A stretch of DNA of 28,055 bases from a virus (Duplodnaviria; Heunggongvirae; Uroviricota; Caudoviricetes): IMG/VR virus record IMGVR_UViG_3300029859_000151. One strand, given 5' to 3'. The notes beneath the pieces were generated by a model. The model was not told the DNA's origin. It did not search any database and worked only from the letters and a program-made list of their open reading frames with translations. The position numbers and the translations under genes were made by a program. Below are positions 24,721-28,055 of this stretch, in pieces; positions within the stretch are counted from its first letter, which is position 1; every line of letters starts with the position of its first letter.

Positions 24721-25656
24721 ATGAGAAAAAGATTAAGAACAGGATTAAGAACAGTAGCAGTAATGGCAGCAGCAACAATGGCAATCACAGGCTGTGGAGG
24801 AAAACAGGAAGTAAACGAGCTTAACGAGGCAAAAGTAGTTGAGAACCAGCAGAAGTTTACAGAGCAGGATGGAACAGAGACAACAGAGAGTAAAGCAGAA
24901 GACATAGTGGCGGAAGATCAGGTTGTAAACGCAACATACAATGATCCGGCACAATTAGGTGAATGGGTTGAAGTAAAGTGTGGCGTCACCGATGATGAAG
25001 AATACGAACATGAAAGCAACACATATGGAAAAGCATACCTACGAATTACAGATGTCTTCAACAGCGAAGATTCAAAGGAATATTATAGAGAACATATACA
25101 GGGATGGGAGTCCAGTTGGACAGATGACATGATCGGATTAAACAAAGTTGACATGGATGAGGATGGCAAAACGCAATGGAACGTAGTTAAGTATGAGATA
25201 TATTTTCCGTCAGATTTTTCAGAGTGTGACACATGTTATCCTGATTTAGATAATACCGTGCTGTTTTATTATGCTGTAGGAGATGATAATATAGATTTAG
25301 TAGATAACGAAGACACAAAGCAGACTTGGGCATACGGAGAGTTGCATAGCCTATCAATGGAAATGTATGGAACAAAGGCAGACCGTGAATATGATAAGAA
25401 TTGGCAGGAAACACACAAGATAGATGAAGAGTATTACAAATCCGGAATGAGAGACAGAGGGACATTAAGCAGCGGCTGGATAATGTTTTGGACACACATG
25501 AAGCCAGATCAGACATTCAAAATTGATGTAAGACCGTTAAGCGAGAGGTACACTGGAAACGGAGGTAACGACTACTATAATCCACATGAGGCTAGATCAG
25601 TACATGATGAAAACGATACCGGGAAATATATTGTAATTCATATAACTAGTAATTAA
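24721..25656 (+). CDS. Acidic lipoprotein
   Basis: MRKRLRTGLRTVAVMAAATMAITGC signal and lipobox; exact start (24712 or 24721) uncertain. Confidence 0.8.
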   Translation: MRKRLRTGLRTVAVMAAATMAITGCGGKQEVNELNEAKVVENQQKFTEQDGTETTESKAEDIVAEDQVVNATYNDPAQLGEWVEVKCGVTDDEEYEHESNTYGKAYLRITDVFNSEDSKEYYREHIQGWESSWTDDMIGLNKVDMDEDGKTQWNVVKYEIYFPSDFSECDTCYPDLDNTVLFYYAVGDDNIDLVDNEDTKQTWAYGELHSLSMEMYGTKADREYDKNWQETHKIDEEYYKSGMRDRGTLSSGWIMFWTHMKPDQTFKIDVRPLSERYTGNGGNDYYNPHEARSVHDENDTGKYIVIHITSN

Positions 25657-25701
25657 AACATATAATTATATTACAACATTTCTACTTTGATTGTTCATAC
25701 G

Positions 25702-25740
25702 AAAAGTGATATTGCATATTTTTGCGCAATATCACTTTTT
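25702..25740 (+). terminator. Intrinsic terminator
   Basis: AAAAGTGATATTGC/GCAATATCACTTTT 14-bp stem. Confidence 0.85.
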
Positions 25741-25764
25741 CTATTTCTCTAATTTTTTCGGAAT

Positions 25765-25782
25765 TCTGACATATTAAATATA
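25765..25782 (+). promoter_or_regulatory. Conserved upstream motif, copy 10
   Basis: TCTGACATATTAAATATA, 74 nt before the ATG at 25839. Confidence 0.8.
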
Positions 25783-25838
25783 AATCAAAATGAATTCAAT
25801 AAGAGTTCAAACATTTATGAAAAAAGGAGAAAAAAATT

Positions 25839-26309
25839 ATGAACAAATCAACAAGAGAATTAAGAGAAGGACTAACAGGCAGAACAAAAGAAAACATCAC
25901 ATTGGAGACTTTGCGTGAAATGAGGCTCATCTCTAACACTAATCGCCGTCCAAGAGCGGGATTAACAGATGAGACATGGCAGAAAGAATTTGCTATTCAG
26001 AGACTATATGTCACTCCAACAAAAGAGATGAAGCTAAGAAAACCATATTATTCAGAAGAGAGAATGGCAACTGATGAGGCTGACTTTGGAAAAGTTTATG
26101 ATGGACCAACAAATTGGCAGTCATATTGTTCGTTTATTAATGATATTATCAAGGAACTGCGATCAGGGCATCATGATTACTGCTATTTTATTTATCAGAT
26201 CTTAGAATTAGAGCGTTTCTTCCCGGGTGTATTGCAGACCAAGTATTCTGACGGATATTGGGAGGTATGGGTTGATTATTCATCTCGAAGAATTGGCTTG
26301 AGTGCTTAA
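25839..26309 (+). CDS. Hypothetical protein
   Basis: 156-aa ORF, RBS AAGGAG. Confidence 0.75.
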   Translation: MNKSTRELREGLTGRTKENITLETLREMRLISNTNRRPRAGLTDETWQKEFAIQRLYVTPTKEMKLRKPYYSEERMATDEADFGKVYDGPTNWQSYCSFINDIIKELRSGHHDYCYFIYQILELERFFPGVLQTKYSDGYWEVWVDYSSRRIGLSA

Positions 26310-26358
26310 AAACAGAAGACAGAAGCATAAAACAAAGCAAAATATAGAAAGGAAAGCT

Positions 26359-26688
26359 ATGAAAGTAAAAACACTAATCAAAAAGTTAGAAAAAGTAAAT
26401 CCTGAAGCTGAATGCAGACTGAATGATTTTCAAGGAGATGAAGTTCTTTTTGTAAACGCAAGAAAAGGTTGCAATTCAATCGTTTGGCTTGATGGAGAAC
26501 ATGATTTTGACCTTGGAGCTGAAATTTCGGCCAGATATGAACGAGCTATCGAAGAACAGATTGATGAACTTGATTTTTACATGGATTTACTGGAAATTGG
26601 AATAGGAGTTAATCTTGTCCGTAAATATATGGGAAGCGAAAAAGCAAATCATATGCAGAAATTTTGTGAAGAGCACGGGCTGCTATAA
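26359..26688 (+). CDS. Hypothetical protein
   Basis: Start reassigned to the ATG at 26359 (MKVKTLIKKLEK), RBS AAGGA. Confidence 0.75.
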   Translation: MKVKTLIKKLEKVNPEAECRLNDFQGDEVLFVNARKGCNSIVWLDGEHDFDLGAEISARYERAIEEQIDELDFYMDLLEIGIGVNLVRKYMGSEKANHMQKFCEEHGLL

Positions 26689-26703
26689 GATTAGAAAGGC
26701 GAA
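26605..26703 (+). repeat. 99-bp direct repeat, copy A
   Basis: GGAGTTAATCTTGTCCGT...TAAGATTAGAAAGGCGAA; differs from copy B at 4 positions. Confidence 0.95.
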
Positions 26704-26715
26704 GAGGAAGTAAAA

Positions 26716-27174
26716 ATGAAAGGATTATCAACTAACGAACTGAGACATCTTATCACGAAGTCTGGTATGACGACGGATGAGTATTTTGAGAAATTGTTTG
26801 CGTTACAGGAAGATATCGAATTTTTCAACCTGTATATGAAGCGAAACAAAAAGAGCGGATACGAATTGTCTGTTAAAGTAAGAGTAAGTGCCGGATGTGC
26901 TTTTGATGATGTTTGGAAAAAGTATGGATACGGAACGGACAAAGACAGTATCGAGCGTACATTTGCTGAAATTACTTTGTTAGATGCTGTTTTCGTGGAC
27001 CTGAATGACGGCACCGACATCTACTCTGATGACGAGATTCGTAGCTTCAAATCTAGCTTCGAAATGTATGATGAAACAAAAATGGAGGATTATATTTCAG
27101 ACTTCATTGGGTGTTCACATGCATGTATGAACGTAGCAAGACAACTCGAATTACTTGGAACAAAAGAGTGTTAA
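26716..27174 (+). CDS. Acidic hypothetical protein between the direct repeats
   Basis: 152-aa ORF, RBS GAGGA. Confidence 0.75.
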   Translation: MKGLSTNELRHLITKSGMTTDEYFEKLFALQEDIEFFNLYMKRNKKSGYELSVKVRVSAGCAFDDVWKKYGYGTDKDSIERTFAEITLLDAVFVDLNDGTDIYSDDEIRSFKSSFEMYDETKMEDYISDFIGCSHACMNVARQLELLGTKEC

Positions 27175-27185
27175 CAAAAACAATG

Positions 27186-27284
27186 GGAGTCAATCTTGTC
27201 CGTAAATACATGGGAAGCGAAAAAGCAAATCATATGCAGAAATTTTGTGAAGAGCACAGGCTGCTATAAGATTAGAAAGGTGAA
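27186..27284 (+). repeat. 99-bp direct repeat, copy B
   Basis: GGAGTCAATCTTGTCCGT...TAAGATTAGAAAGGTGAA; non-coding duplicate of the 3' end of 26359..26688 plus RBS. Confidence 0.95.
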
Positions 27285-27287
27285 TTC

Positions 27288-27557
27288 ATGACAAACAAAA
27301 TCACAAAAACTATTTTTGGAAATGAATACAAAGTTAATAAGGAATACATAAAAGCAACAGAATTGTCAGAGGAGATTTTGCGAGAAATTGGAGAGATTAG
27401 AGACAAGATCGATACTCTTCAGAAACTTACAGACATTTCTTGGTGTGAAAATCATGTACTAACAAATCATCGGACAGAAATGATCCAGTATATGAAAAGG
27501 GAAGCGAAAGAATTAGAAATGAGTGTAGATGCTTATTTCTCTCAAACAGGAGAATAA
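27288..27557 (+). CDS. Hypothetical protein
   Basis: 89-aa ORF; RBS AAGGTG supplied by repeat copy B. Confidence 0.7.
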   Translation: MTNKITKTIFGNEYKVNKEYIKATELSEEILREIGEIRDKIDTLQKLTDISWCENHVLTNHRTEMIQYMKREAKELEMSVDAYFSQTGE

Positions 27558-27570
27558 CTTAAAGCATAAT

Positions 27571-27611
27571 AAAAACCTACAGGACATTTTATGATGTTCC
27601 GTAGGTTTTTT
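27571..27611. terminator. Bidirectional terminator between convergent genes
   Basis: AAAAACCTAC.GGACAT/ATGTTCCGTAGGTTTTT with A-run and T-run flanks. Confidence 0.8.
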
Positions 27612-27613
27612 CT

Positions 27614-28036
27614 TTATAGAATGATTTTGACCCCAGAAAAATTTTCCCTTTGATCCGGCAAATAAATCGTTTTTTTGCCAATATTCTTTTCAATAGAATA
27701 ATTCATAAGAATTTCGTGATCTCGATTTTCAATGTTTGGCTCCAAAACAATAGAATTTTCTATTGGCTCTATTTTTATATTCTCTGGTAGATCTATTTGG
27801 CATGCCGGGCGAAAAATATTGTTTCCAAGGTTATATTTACCATTGGCATTAATATATATGCTTCCAATATTGTATTCAAAAGGTAATTTAGATAAATAAT
27901 TTTGCATATTTGATATCCAGGTATCATCAGATTCTATTTCGGCAAAAATTTCAGCTGGAAGCATAGGAGGAGATTGCAGTGAAGAAAAATTCCAATTTAT
28001 AAAAGAATTTTCTACAGGACCAGTTAAAACAGCCAT
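27614..28036 (-). CDS. Hypothetical protein (may extend beyond the window)
   Basis: At least 140 aa, convergent on the terminator; no family recognised. Confidence 0.55.
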   Translation of the reverse strand: MAVLTGPVENSFINWNFSSLQSPPMLPAEIFAEIESDDTWISNMQNYLSKLPFEYNIGSIYINANGKYNLGNNIFRPACQIDLPENIKIEPIENSIVLEPNIENRDHEILMNYSIEKNIGKKTIYLPDQRENFSGVKIIL

Positions 28037-28055
28037 GTATTCATGCCAATATTCT

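Noticed and set aside
10581..25782. Repeated motif read as a CRISPR array or integron attC sites
   Set aside because: Spacing is irregular (151 bp to several kb) with whole genes between; no cas or intI genes; no attC-like palindrome.
10581..25782. CTGACA read as an ordinary sigmaA -35 box
   Set aside because: Conservation continues through TATTAAATATA immediately after it, and no consistent TATAAT sits 16-18 nt downstream. Not fully excluded for copy 5 (TTGACA).

Overview
The window has three parts. (1) 1-480: GC-rich chromosomal backbone with the 3' end of uvrA, a canonical sigmaA promoter and tRNA-Pro(GGG). (2) ~443-8660: the left arm of a tRNA-integrated Clostridia-type integrative element. 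It carries a tyrosine integrase, excisionase, a ParB-like (DUF6551-type) protein, an extended PemK/MazF protein, a sigma-70 region-4 regulator, an XRE regulator and ABC-permease cargo, and it stops abruptly inside a permease gene near 8660. (3) ~8660-28055: a visibly more AT-rich, almost all + strand block that looks like part of a large plasmid, ICE or phage. It holds many small hypothetical genes, AbrB-Zn-ribbon, stand-alone TOPRIM, RadC/JAB, a Cache-domain chemoreceptor, a C5 methyltransferase, a VirD4-like ATPase, lipoproteins and a non-autonomous IS200/IS605 (TnpB) element. The strongest unannotated signal is an 18-bp motif, consensus TCTGACATATTAAATATA, found 10 times in intergenic DNA on the + strand. 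It mostly follows a terminator and in six cases lies 47-52 nt before a start codon, dividing the block into motif-gene(s)-terminator modules that suggest an element-specific promoter regulon. Other points: a boxA-like site plus structured leader upstream of the xis/int operon, an IS whose precise excision restores a gene, and a gene bracketed by a 99-bp direct repeat. All calls are by eye from the sequence; no searches were run.
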